This document shows, one piece after another, positions 1 through 8,177 of a stretch of DNA of 45,163 bases (positions within the stretch are counted from its first letter, which is position 1; each line of letters starts with the position of its first letter). The position numbers were made by a program, and so were the translations under genes. The stretch is from Clostridia bacterium (GTDB lineage Bacteria > Bacillota > Clostridia > Oscillospirales > CAG-272). Below the pieces are notes generated by a model that was given only the letters and a program-made list of their open reading frames with translations, did not search any database and was not told the origin of the DNA. The DNA lies in the NCBI GenBank assembly GCA_017935195.1, contig JAGBIB010000065.1:1-45163 (forward strand). Reading direction: 5' to 3'.

Positions 1-61
1 CACTATTGCGGTAGCAATAATATCACTCTTTGCGAAAGCAAAGAATATCACTCATAGACAG

Positions 62-119
62 CAGAAAAAGAGAGAGCTTCACGGAATTTTGTAACCGCGT
101 TACTCTCTCTTCTGTTTTT
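62..119. terminator. Weak bulged hairpin plus T-run downstream of the DHHW gene
   Basis: CAGAA(AAA)GAGAGAG ... CTCTCTCTTCTG followed by TTTTT. The loop is about 27 nt, so this is a weak call. Confidence 0.3.
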
Positions 120-226
120 AAAGCAAGTTAGGGCTATGCCCATACCCCTTATAAAATTTCTCCGATAAGAGCATCACCTTTTGCGTTCGGGTCTGTTTTT
201 CATTTCATCGTCAAGGATCGCCATGC

Positions 227-1453
227 TCACCAAAGAGTCTCTTCGTTCATCAAAACCAACACCCCGTCGATCTCCCCCTTTTCAAGCAAGGTGGGCAGAG
301 TGAAGTTTTTGTGGCGGACGTCCACGGTGATCAGATCAAATTCTCTTGCCAAAAAGGGCAAAGCACTGTGGGCAAAGCTATCTTTGATGACAAGCAGGGT
401 GGGGCGCTCCTCCCCCGCCTTCGTGATGCGTACCACGGGCGTGTCCACACCCGCCACGAAGGAATCGTACGCTGTACCCGGATGCTCCTCCTTCAGCGCC
501 TCAAGGTTATAAAAGCCCTTTCTTCTTGAAATCTCCTTGCCAAGGGCATTACAAAGGGTGACGGTATAGTCCTCATCCCCCTCGTAGCGGAAATATTCAA
601 GCTCCTCCCCCTCAAGGAAGTAAAGACCTGCGGAATTATACGCCGTGCCTCTGAAATCATCGGTGGCGGTTTGCACCGTGTAGTCCGAAAGGGGAGCGGG
701 GGTCTTGCCGTATTCCTTTAAGATGGCGGCGGTGGCGTAGTATGCCCCAAGGCTCGTCCAGTGGTGGTCGGTCTTGTAGTAAAGTCCCTTTTCCACATAA
801 GGCAGCATTGCCTCCTTCAGACTCAAAAAGGTCTTGCCGCTTGCCTTTAAAATGCTTTCGGTGCGGGAAGAATTGTCCTTCATCAGGCTGACGGGATAGT
901 CAAAGGGCAGTTTTCCTTCGAGAAAGGCACTCTTCTTGCCTGCCAGGGCGATGACCGTTTCATATTTTCCGCTGTGCGCTTCGCTCTGCTCATATGCCTT
1001 GATGGTGTTCATCAGAAGAGCATAGCTTGAGGGCTCGCCCTCCTTTAAGATCGGCTCCTCGGGCAGCAGAGTGCCGTCCGAAAGAAGGAACACCCCGCCC
1101 TGCTTGCCAAAAAACAGAATGCTCTGCCTCAGGGCATCGATTGCCATAAACTGATCTCTAAGGGGAAACTGATCCTCAAGGTAGCCACCGATAAACGATT
1201 CCTCCGCCCCCTTGTCGTCCTCCTTATTTAAAAGGGCGGACAACGAAAAGGAAGGAAAGGAGGCAAGGGTCTTGTTTTCCCTCTTGGAGTAGTCCTTGTC
1301 GGGCAGTGCCACATGAAGTGCCAGCATTCCGAAAATAAAGACGAGAAAAAGAGCAACAAAGACCGCCTCAAGGGGCTTGCTCTTGCGGTAATGCCGCCGT
1401 TGCAGCTCTATATACTCGTTTGCCGCTTTGTCGGCAGGATGCATTTTTTCCAT
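227..1453 (-). CDS. DHHW-motif AlgJ/AlgX-like (SGNH-type) O-acyltransferase partner protein with an N-terminal membrane anchor
   Basis: 408-aa ORF. An N-terminal TM helix (LEAVFVALFLVFIFGMLALHV) is followed by YYKTDHHWTSLGAYYA, the DHHW signature. RBS AAGGAAAA sits about 6 nt before the ATG. It lies downstream of an MBOAT gene on the same strand. Confidence 0.75.
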   Translation of the reverse strand: MEKMHPADKAANEYIELQRRHYRKSKPLEAVFVALFLVFIFGMLALHVALPDKDYSKRENKTLASFPSFSLSALLNKEDDKGAEESFIGGYLEDQFPLRDQFMAIDALRQSILFFGKQGGVFLLSDGTLLPEEPILKEGEPSSYALLMNTIKAYEQSEAHSGKYETVIALAGKKSAFLEGKLPFDYPVSLMKDNSSRTESILKASGKTFLSLKEAMLPYVEKGLYYKTDHHWTSLGAYYATAAILKEYGKTPAPLSDYTVQTATDDFRGTAYNSAGLYFLEGEELEYFRYEGDEDYTVTLCNALGKEISRRKGFYNLEALKEEHPGTAYDSFVAGVDTPVVRITKAGEERPTLLVIKDSFAHSALPFLAREFDLITVDVRHKNFTLPTLLEKGEIDGVLVLMNEETLW

Positions 1454-1479
1454 GTTCGTTTTCCTTATTTTTTGATTAT

Positions 1480-1624
1480 AATCGGGACTCCGTCCCGATA
1501 CCCTGCCAATCCCTTTTTGTAAAAAGGGATTGGAGCCCCAAAAACTTTTTGAGGCTTTGGTTTGGCTTGCTCCCGCTTTGCTTAGGGCGTTTCAAATCTT
1601 CATTATTTGACCATTTAAGGTCAA
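1480..1624 (-). other. Structured spacer of four consecutive stem-loops between the MBOAT and DHHW genes
   Basis: Hairpins: ATCGGGAC-TCC-GTCCCGAT (1480..1498); CCAATCCCTTTT..AAAAGGGATTGG (1505..1532, 12-bp stem); GCCCCAAAAA-C-TTTTTGAGGC (1534..1554, a C.A mismatch on plus but a G.U pair on minus); TTTGACC-ATTTAA-GGTCAAA (1605..1624). Confidence 0.5.
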
Positions 1625-1670
1625 AAAACCACCTAAACTCCGCATTCTGCACTCTATATTCGGTTTTCAC

Positions 1671-3086
1671 TCAAAACGTGGAGTAAATAAAGGGATTAAA
1701 GCCCGAGCTGACCAGCGCCGCCACCGAAAGGACAAGCAGAAGCAGTCCGCCCGCCGCCAAAAGGGCGCGCCAGCCCCTTCCCTTTTCATAAAGGCGGTAG
1801 TAGAGCCTCTTTGGCAGAGGAGTGCATGAAACGGCAAGGATGAACAGGGTGGGCAGAGAACGAAGCAACAGAGAAAGCACCGTTTCGTTGATAAAGTCGG
1901 TACCCGCACCGAACATACGGGAAAGCCAGGTCATCCCTGCCGACAGATCCTCGAAGCAGAATAAAAGCCAAGAGAACATCACGGCAAGCAGGGTGTAGAT
2001 ATGCCCGAAAAAGGCGGGAATGCGGTCAAGAATCTTTAAAAGGAAGGTCTTTTCCATCACCAGCATCACGAAGAAGAAGAGTCCCCACAGAATATAGTTC
2101 CAATTTGCCCCGTGCCAGAAGCCGGTGAGGAACCACACCACCAAAAGATTGCGGAAGACCTTCCATTTCTTGTCGGTGCGGCTTCCTCCAAGGGGAAAAT
2201 AGACGTATTCACGAAACCAAGTGGACAGCGAGATGTGCCATCTGCGCCAGAACTCGGTCACGCTCTTTGCAATATAGGGATAGTTGAAGTTTTCAAGGAA
2301 GCGGAAGCCGAACATCTTGCCAAGACCGATCGCCATATCCGAATAGCCCGAAAAGTCGAAATAGATCTGGAAGGTGTAGAAAATGATGCCCAGCCACGCC
2401 CCCACCGCCGTCAGCTCCGCGGAGGGCAGAGCCTTCAGATCGGCAAAAAGGGCTGCCGCGGTGTTGGCAAGAAGCACCTTTTTGGCAAGTCCCGCCAAAA
2501 AGGTCTTTAAACCCGAGGAAAAAAGGAAGAGGCTGTGCTCTCTTTCCTTTAACTGATCGTCCACGTCCTTGTAGCGCACGATGGGCCCTGCGATCAGCTG
2601 GGGGAAGAGGGTCACGTAGGTACCCACCGTCAGGGGGTTCTTTTCCGCCGCCGTGTCGCCTCTGTAGACGTCGATGACGTATGAAAGGATCTGGAAGGTA
2701 TAAAAGGAGATGCCGATGGGCAGGGCGATGCCCGTTTTTTCAAGATCGGGCAGGGGCAGGGCGTTGTAGATGCCGATGAAAAAATCCGTGTACTTGAAAA
2801 AGCCCAGCAATCCCAGATTGGTCACCACTGCGGCAACAAGCCACCCTCTTGCCTTCTTGGGAGCAACGTCCCGATGCTTGCCCACCATAAAGCCGTAAAA
2901 GTAGGAAAAGAGGATGGATGCCACCATCAAAAAGACGTATAAAGGCTCTCCCCAGCCGTAAAAGAGCAGGCTGACGAGAAGCAATGCCACGTTGCGAAAG
3001 GCGATGTATTTTTTGGGGATGATGAAATAAACGGTCAGCGTCAGAGGCAAAAACAAAAACAAAAACTCAAGACTTGAAAAAACCAT
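1671..3086 (-). CDS. MBOAT-family membrane O-acyltransferase (AlgI/DltB-like)
   Basis: 471-aa polytopic membrane ORF carrying the MBOAT histidine block FWRRWHISLSTWFREYVYFPLGG. Confidence 0.9.
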   Translation of the reverse strand: MVFSSLEFLFLFLPLTLTVYFIIPKKYIAFRNVALLLVSLLFYGWGEPLYVFLMVASILFSYFYGFMVGKHRDVAPKKARGWLVAAVVTNLGLLGFFKYTDFFIGIYNALPLPDLEKTGIALPIGISFYTFQILSYVIDVYRGDTAAEKNPLTVGTYVTLFPQLIAGPIVRYKDVDDQLKEREHSLFLFSSGLKTFLAGLAKKVLLANTAAALFADLKALPSAELTAVGAWLGIIFYTFQIYFDFSGYSDMAIGLGKMFGFRFLENFNYPYIAKSVTEFWRRWHISLSTWFREYVYFPLGGSRTDKKWKVFRNLLVVWFLTGFWHGANWNYILWGLFFFVMLVMEKTFLLKILDRIPAFFGHIYTLLAVMFSWLLFCFEDLSAGMTWLSRMFGAGTDFINETVLSLLLRSLPTLFILAVSCTPLPKRLYYRLYEKGRGWRALLAAGGLLLLVLSVAALVSSGFNPFIYSTF

Positions 3087-3203
3087 ACGCCCTCCCTCTC
3101 TTTCCTTTTTCAGAATGCCCGCTTATTTTATCATAAGATTGGAAATAATGCAACATTTCTATATTATTTTTTATTATTTTTTCAGATTTATCACATTTGC
3201 CCC

Positions 3204-3232
3204 TTTAAAAATTCAAAAAAGTGTGCTATAAT
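3204..3232 (+). promoter_or_regulatory. sigmaA-type promoter for typA with an extended -10
   Basis: TTTAAA-N17-TATAAT, with TGc immediately upstream of the -10, in an AT-rich region about 55 nt before the typA start. Confidence 0.45.
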
Positions 3233-3288
3233 AAGCCGTTTTGAAATGGAAGTCCCACATTATCGGAAAACAAAGGAGAAACCGAACC

Positions 3289-5112
3289 GTGAAAAGAGAA
3301 GATTTGAGAAATATAGCCATCATCGCCCACGTTGACCACGGCAAGACCACGCTGGTCGACCAGATGTTGAAGCAGGGCGGTGTGTACAGAGAAAACCAGG
3401 CAACCGAAGAGCGGGTAATGGACAGCAACGACCTTGAAAAGGAAAGAGGCATTACCATCCTTGCCAAAAACACCGCCGTCCACTACAAGGACGTGAAGAT
3501 CAACATCATCGACACCCCCGGCCACGCCGACTTCGGCGGCGAGGTGGAGCGTATTCTGAAAATGGTAAACGGCGTTCTGCTTCTCGTTGATGCGGCAGAG
3601 GGTCCCATGCCCCAGACCCGCTTCGTTTTGCAAAAGGCACTGGAGATGAACCACCGTGTGATCGTGGTGGTCAACAAGATCGACAAGCCCGACGCCCGCA
3701 TCTTGGAGGTGGAGGAAGAGGTTTTGGAGCTTTTAATGGACTTAAACGCCACCGACGAGCAGCTCGACTCCCCCATGATCTTCTGCTCGGGCAGAGCGGG
3801 CACCGCCTCCTACTCGGATATGGAGCAGGGCAGTGACCTGACTCCCCTCTTTGAAACCATCCTTGAATATATGCCCGCCCCCGAGGGCGATGCGGAAAGA
3901 CCCCTGCAGATGCTGGTTTCCTCCATCGACTACAACGAATACGTGGGACGTATCGGTATCGGCAGAGTGGAAAACGGCAGTATTGCCGTGGGTGACTCGG
4001 TGGCGCTGTGCAACTACCACACCCCCGACGCACCCGCAAAGCGCACCAAGGTGGTTTCCCTTTACCAGTTTGACGGTCTTGGACGTACCGCCACAGAAAG
4101 AGCCTTCCCCGGCGACATCGTCTGCTTCTCGGGCGCAGAGGAGATCTCCATCGGTGACACCCTCACCTCCCCCGACTGCCCCGAGCCCCTGCCCTTCGTG
4201 AAGATCAGCGAGCCCACCCTTGAAATGACCTTCCAGGTCAACGACTCGCCCTTTGCAGGCAAGGAGGGCAAATTCGTCACCTCAAGACACCTCCGCAAGC
4301 GCCTTTACGACGAGCTGATGAAGGATGTCTCTCTGCGTGTAAGAGACGGTGACACCACCGACAGCTTCATCGTTTCGGGCAGAGGCGAAATGCACCTGTC
4401 CATCCTGATCGAAAACATGAGAAGAGAGGGCTACGAGCTTGCCGTTTCCACCCCCAAGGTCATCACCAAGAGAATCGACGGGGTGCTGTGCGAGCCGATG
4501 GAGCGCCTTTTCATCGACGTGACAAACGAGTACGTGGGTGCGGTGATGGAAAAGTTAGGTGCAAGAAAGGGCGATCTGCTGTCTATGGATCCCCATGGCA
4601 ACCGCACCAAGCTTGAATACGTCATCCCCTCCCGCTGCCTCTTCGGTTACCGCTCCCACTTCCCCACCGACACCCACGGTGAGGGCGTGATGAATTCGCT
4701 CTTCGAGGGCTATCAGCCCTACAAGGGTGAGATCCCCACCAGATTTACCGGATCCCTCATCGCCTCCGAATCGGGCATCACCACCTCCTACGGCCTTTAT
4801 AACTCTCAAGACCGCGGTGCCCTCTTCATCGGTCAGGGCATCCCCGTATACGAGGGCATGATCGTGGGCGAAAACCCCAAGATGGGCGATATTGCGGTAA
4901 ACGTCTGCCGCAAGAAGCATCTGACCGCCATCCGCTCTGCAGGTGCAGACGAGGCGCTTCGTCTGGTTACCCCCGTGAAGATGTCCCTTGAGGAAGCCAT
5001 CGAGTTCATCGCTGACGATGAGCTGATTGAGGTCACCCCCAAGAACATTCGTCTAAGAAAGAAGATCCTTGACAACTCCTTGCGCTTAAAAGAGCAGTTC
5101 AAAAAGAAGTGA
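3289..5112 (+). CDS. typA: Translational GTPase TypA/BipA
   Basis: NIAIIAHVDHGKTTLVD (G1), DTPGHADFGGEV (G3) and NKID (G4). GTG at 3289 is preceded by AAAGGAGAA, giving 607 aa. The 3241 start in the ORF track adds 16 non-conserved residues. Confidence 0.95.
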   Translation: MKREDLRNIAIIAHVDHGKTTLVDQMLKQGGVYRENQATEERVMDSNDLEKERGITILAKNTAVHYKDVKINIIDTPGHADFGGEVERILKMVNGVLLLVDAAEGPMPQTRFVLQKALEMNHRVIVVVNKIDKPDARILEVEEEVLELLMDLNATDEQLDSPMIFCSGRAGTASYSDMEQGSDLTPLFETILEYMPAPEGDAERPLQMLVSSIDYNEYVGRIGIGRVENGSIAVGDSVALCNYHTPDAPAKRTKVVSLYQFDGLGRTATERAFPGDIVCFSGAEEISIGDTLTSPDCPEPLPFVKISEPTLEMTFQVNDSPFAGKEGKFVTSRHLRKRLYDELMKDVSLRVRDGDTTDSFIVSGRGEMHLSILIENMRREGYELAVSTPKVITKRIDGVLCEPMERLFIDVTNEYVGAVMEKLGARKGDLLSMDPHGNRTKLEYVIPSRCLFGYRSHFPTDTHGEGVMNSLFEGYQPYKGEIPTRFTGSLIASESGITTSYGLYNSQDRGALFIGQGIPVYEGMIVGENPKMGDIAVNVCRKKHLTAIRSAGADEALRLVTPVKMSLEEAIEFIADDELIEVTPKNIRLRKKILDNSLRLKEQFKKK

Positions 5113-5131
5113 TCCATCAAGATCACACCAT

Positions 5132-5164
5132 AAAAAATCCGACCTTGACGGTCGGATTTTTTTA
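5132..5164. terminator. Bidirectional intrinsic terminator between typA and the P-type ATPase
   Basis: AAAAAATCCGACC-TTGAC-GGTCGGATTTTTTT between convergent genes. Confidence 0.8.
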
Positions 5165-5170
5165 TTCTTC

Positions 5171-7117
5171 TCAGATCTTCATCGCTCTCATGGCGTTTAA
5201 AATAGCGATCACCGAAACGCCCACGTCCGCAAAGACGGCAAGCGTGCCGGCAAAGGCAGAAAGCGGCGCAAGCATCGGCAGGACCGCCATCATGGCCAGC
5301 AGGAGCATCACCCCCACCTTCACACCGATGGCAAGAACGATATTTTGCTTGACGATGCACATGGTCTTTCTTGCGATGCGCAAGGCGGTGACAAGATCAG
5401 AGGGGCGGTCGTTCATCAGAACGATGTCAGCGGCTTCAATGGCCGCATCCGAGCCCAAAGCCCCCATGGCAACACCCACATCGGCAAGGGTCAAAACGGG
5501 TGCATCGTTGATGCCGTCTCCCACATAGACCGTCTTTTCGCTCTGCTCTCCGTTTATAAGCTCTTCAACGATGCGTACCTTGTCCTCAGGCAACAGCTCA
5601 GCTTCACAGCGCGCAACGCCCAGCTCCGCCGCCGTTGCCTCCCCGTTTTCCCTGCGATCTCCCGTCAACATCACCGTCAGAATTCCATAGCTTTTCAATG
5701 TCTCAACGCTTTTTCCGCTATCCTCCTTCAGCGTATCTCCCGCCAGCAAAGCGCCCAGATATCGTCCGCCTTGGCAGACATACAGCGCACTTCCCGCCCC
5801 TTCAAGCAGGGGTGCCTCAATTGCCAGCTCTTCCATCAGAAGGCGGTTGCCCACATAGATCTCCTGCCCTTTCATCCGAGCATAAACGCCCTTCCCCGCC
5901 AGATTGCGGTGCTCCTCCACCGAATAAAGCGTCTGCCCCTCCGTGGCCTTTTTCAGTGCCAGTGCCAAGGGGTGGGTGCTATACTGCTCTGCCGAAGCAG
6001 CCACCAAAAGCAGCTCCTCCTCAGGAATACCCTTTACGGGATGCACCTCTTTTACAGTGAAATCCCCCGAGGTGAGCGTGCCCGTTTTGTCAAAAACAAC
6101 GGTCTTGCACTTTGCCAGCGTCTCAAGATAGCCCGAGCCCTTAACAAGGATTCCCTTCCTTGAAGCGCCTCCAATGCCCCCAAAAAAGGACATGGGCACC
6201 GAGATGACCAGCGCACAGGGACAGGAAACGATGAGGAACATCAAAGCCGCATGGACAAAGGGATAAAAGGTGTGATCAAAGCTCCACTTTCCACTGAAAA
6301 GTCCCACAAACAGAGGAGGAATCAGCGCAAGAAAAAGCGCCAGCAAAGTCACTGCGGGGGTATATCTTTTGGCGAAGGAGGAGATGAAGCTTTCGCTTTT
6401 GGATTTGTTCATCCCCGCATTTTCCACCAGCTCCATGATCCTTGAAACAGTGCTTTCCGAGTACGGCTTTGACACCCTGACCCGAAGCGTCCCCTCTCCG
6501 TTGATGCATCCCGAAAGGACACTGTCGCCCTCCTTCACATCCTTGGGCAGGCTCTCGCCCGTGAGGGAGGCGGTATCAAGGGAGGATGTGCCCGAGAGCA
6601 CCACTCCGTCAAGGGGGATCTTTTCACCGGGCAGGATGATGATCTGCTGCCCCACCTCGATCTCCTCGGGGTCAAGATGGACGATCTGTCCCTCCCGCTC
6701 TACCCCTGCGTAGTCGGGCATCATGGAAAGCAGATCCTTTAAAGACCTTCTGGATCTGCCCACCGCCACCGACTGAAATAGCTCTCCCACCTGATAAAAG
6801 AGGAGAATGACCACCGCCTCGTGGGCGTTGTGGGCATCTTTTTCCACAAAGCAGAGGGCAAATGCACCCAAGGATGCCACCGTCATGAGAAAATGCTCAT
6901 CAAAGACCTTACCGCGCACGATCTTCTGCGCTGCCGAAAGCAGCACGTCATATCCCACCGTCAGATAGGGCACCAGCATCAGCAGTACCCCCACCCACCA
7001 CACGGGATGAAGGGTCAGATTCACGGTCAGCACTGCGGCAAAGAGTCCGCCCGCAACAAGGATGCGCCACAGCAGTTTTTTCTGTTTTTTGCTCATATTC
7101 TCACTCCCAAACGACAT
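5171..7117 (-). CDS. Heavy-metal P1B-type ATPase, Zn/Cd/Pb-type (CadA/ZntA-like)
   Basis: DKTGTLT, SCPCALV (CPC), MLTGD and GDGINDAP. A Lys in LAIGVKVG and the DVG in the last TM fit the P1B-2 pattern. The ATPase has no N-terminal HMA domain. Confidence 0.9.
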   Translation of the reverse strand: MSFGSENMSKKQKKLLWRILVAGGLFAAVLTVNLTLHPVWWVGVLLMLVPYLTVGYDVLLSAAQKIVRGKVFDEHFLMTVASLGAFALCFVEKDAHNAHEAVVILLFYQVGELFQSVAVGRSRRSLKDLLSMMPDYAGVEREGQIVHLDPEEIEVGQQIIILPGEKIPLDGVVLSGTSSLDTASLTGESLPKDVKEGDSVLSGCINGEGTLRVRVSKPYSESTVSRIMELVENAGMNKSKSESFISSFAKRYTPAVTLLALFLALIPPLFVGLFSGKWSFDHTFYPFVHAALMFLIVSCPCALVISVPMSFFGGIGGASRKGILVKGSGYLETLAKCKTVVFDKTGTLTSGDFTVKEVHPVKGIPEEELLLVAASAEQYSTHPLALALKKATEGQTLYSVEEHRNLAGKGVYARMKGQEIYVGNRLLMEELAIEAPLLEGAGSALYVCQGGRYLGALLAGDTLKEDSGKSVETLKSYGILTVMLTGDRRENGEATAAELGVARCEAELLPEDKVRIVEELINGEQSEKTVYVGDGINDAPVLTLADVGVAMGALGSDAAIEAADIVLMNDRPSDLVTALRIARKTMCIVKQNIVLAIGVKVGVMLLLAMMAVLPMLAPLSAFAGTLAVFADVGVSVIAILNAMRAMKI

Positions 7118-7166
7118 GTGCCGTTTTTTCGACCCATTTTCGGCTTTTTATCGAATCATTTGCAGT

Positions 7167-7388
7167 TTATCTCACGATACTGCAGTTCTTGTCCACCGAC
7201 TTGACCGTCTTTTCGATCTGTGAAAGCAGGTCGTCCTTATCCGTCCCCTCTGTAATCTGCAGAATCATCTTCTGCGCCATAAAGCTGACCGAAACGCTCT
7301 CCACGCCCGAAAGCTTGCAGATTTTGTCCTCCATCTTCTGTGCGCAATGTGCGCAGTCCAAATCTTCCATTCTCACTACCAGCTTCAT
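7167..7388 (-). CDS. Stand-alone heavy-metal-associated (HMA) domain protein
   Basis: 73 aa with a ferredoxin-like HMA pattern and metal motif DLDCAHCAQKME (CxxC). It lies directly upstream of the ATPase. Confidence 0.8.
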   Translation of the reverse strand: MKLVVRMEDLDCAHCAQKMEDKICKLSGVESVSVSFMAQKMILQITEGTDKDDLLSQIEKTVKSVDKNCSIVR

Positions 7389-7492
7389 CGTTGTTTCTCC
7401 TTTTAAGTTTTGTTATTTGATGTTGTTTATGTTTTTTGTATTATATTGTTTTTTGTATTGCCATACTGCGGGATGCCGTCCGCACTCCGCCC

Positions 7493-7900
7493 TCATTCCG
7501 CCACGTGATCCAGTCCCATTTCAAGGATCTTCTTCACGTGCTCGTCGCAAAGGGCGTAATAGACACTCTTGCCCTCTCTGCGGCATTTCACAAGACGGGC
7601 ACTCTTTAACACTCTGAGCGAATGGGAAACGGCAGACAGCGTCATTTCCAGCCGTCCCGCCAGCGCCCCCACCCCCTGCTCACCGTCCATCAAAGCGGAC
7701 AGAATGCGCAGTCTCGTTTCATCTCCAAACACCTTATAAAGCTGTGCCAGCTCGAAAAGCAGCTCCTCTCTCAAGACCTGCTCCTCTTCGCTCCCGCCCC
7801 TTTCAAGGATGGCAGAGGCTCCGTGATCGTGCATCTGCGGCCCCTGCTTGTCATGGCAACAACAAAGTGGTGAATTGCAAAGCTCCTCGTTCCTTTCCAT
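7493..7900 (-). CDS. ArsR/SmtB-family metal-sensing repressor (CzrA/SmtB-like alpha5 site)
   Basis: wHTH region ETRLRILSAL...LSAVSHSLRVLKSARLV. C-terminal DEHVKKILEMGLDHVAE matches DxHx10HxxE. The N-terminal extension is Cys/His-rich (CNSPLCCCHD...HDHG). ATG 7900 has AAAGGAG 5 nt upstream; the 7921 start is GTG with no RBS. Confidence 0.85.
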   Translation of the reverse strand: MERNEELCNSPLCCCHDKQGPQMHDHGASAILERGGSEEEQVLREELLFELAQLYKVFGDETRLRILSALMDGEQGVGALAGRLEMTLSAVSHSLRVLKSARLVKCRREGKSVYYALCDEHVKKILEMGLDHVAE

Positions 7901-7925
7901 ATGCGCTCCTTTCTTGAACACTTGA

Positions 7926-7941
7926 ATAGTTGTTCAACTAT
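7926..7941. promoter_or_regulatory. Candidate ArsR/SmtB operator palindrome
   Basis: ATAGTTG-TT-CAACTAT (7-2-7 inverted repeat) lies between the predicted TSS and the repressor gene RBS. Confidence 0.5.
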
Positions 7942-7950
7942 CTTGCATTC

Positions 7951-7979
7951 AGTATACTCCTCTTGCCCTTTTTTGTCAA
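7951..7979 (-). promoter_or_regulatory. sigmaA-type promoter of the metal-efflux operon
   Basis: Minus strand TTGACA (7974..7979)-N17-TATACT (7951..7956). Confidence 0.6.
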
Positions 7980-8177
7980 CCCCATTTTGGAGTTTTTTAA
8001 AAAAAGATCTTTGCCTCTAAAAAAGGGCGCTCATTCACAAGAAGTTTAAAAATAATTTCGATATGATGCTTGTCTTTTGCTCCGTTTGCAGGTATAATGG
8101 GAAAAGATCGGGAGAATCCTCGTCCCGACTGCCCCAAATGTATATAAATGTATATTTTTTGTCGAAAGGACTGCCTC

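Noticed and set aside
1476-1670. A 64-aa minus-strand ORF filling the MBOAT-DHHW spacer, considered as a possible missing small subunit or carrier.
   Set aside because: It is hydrophilic and low-complexity with no RBS, it starts immediately at the MBOAT stop, and it is threaded through four perfect palindromes. It fits structured non-coding DNA or RNA better.
3241-3288. N-terminal extensions proposed by the ORF track: typA 3241, arsR-like 7921, CotH 8148, luxS 11348, VTC 11434, MFS 19801, MATE 21444, MinD-like 24648, zincin A 24786, CE4 30797, Cys-rich 30876, exoprotein 32610, sigG 42387, zinc-ribbon 42604 and PBP5-like 44320.
   Set aside because: In each case an internal ATG or GTG has a proper AGGAGG-like RBS and restores the canonical N-terminus or signal peptide. 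Several extensions run through promoters, terminators or hairpins.
1480-8129. A shared palindrome, ATCGGGA...TCCCGA(T/C), near the -10 boxes upstream of both the DHHW gene (1480..1498) and the CotH gene (8107..8129), considered as a common operator for envelope genes.
   Set aside because: There are only two occurrences, with 6-8 bp arms and different spacers (3 versus 9 nt). A chance match cannot be excluded in 45 kb of GC-rich DNA. It would need genome-wide motif enrichment to be taken seriously.
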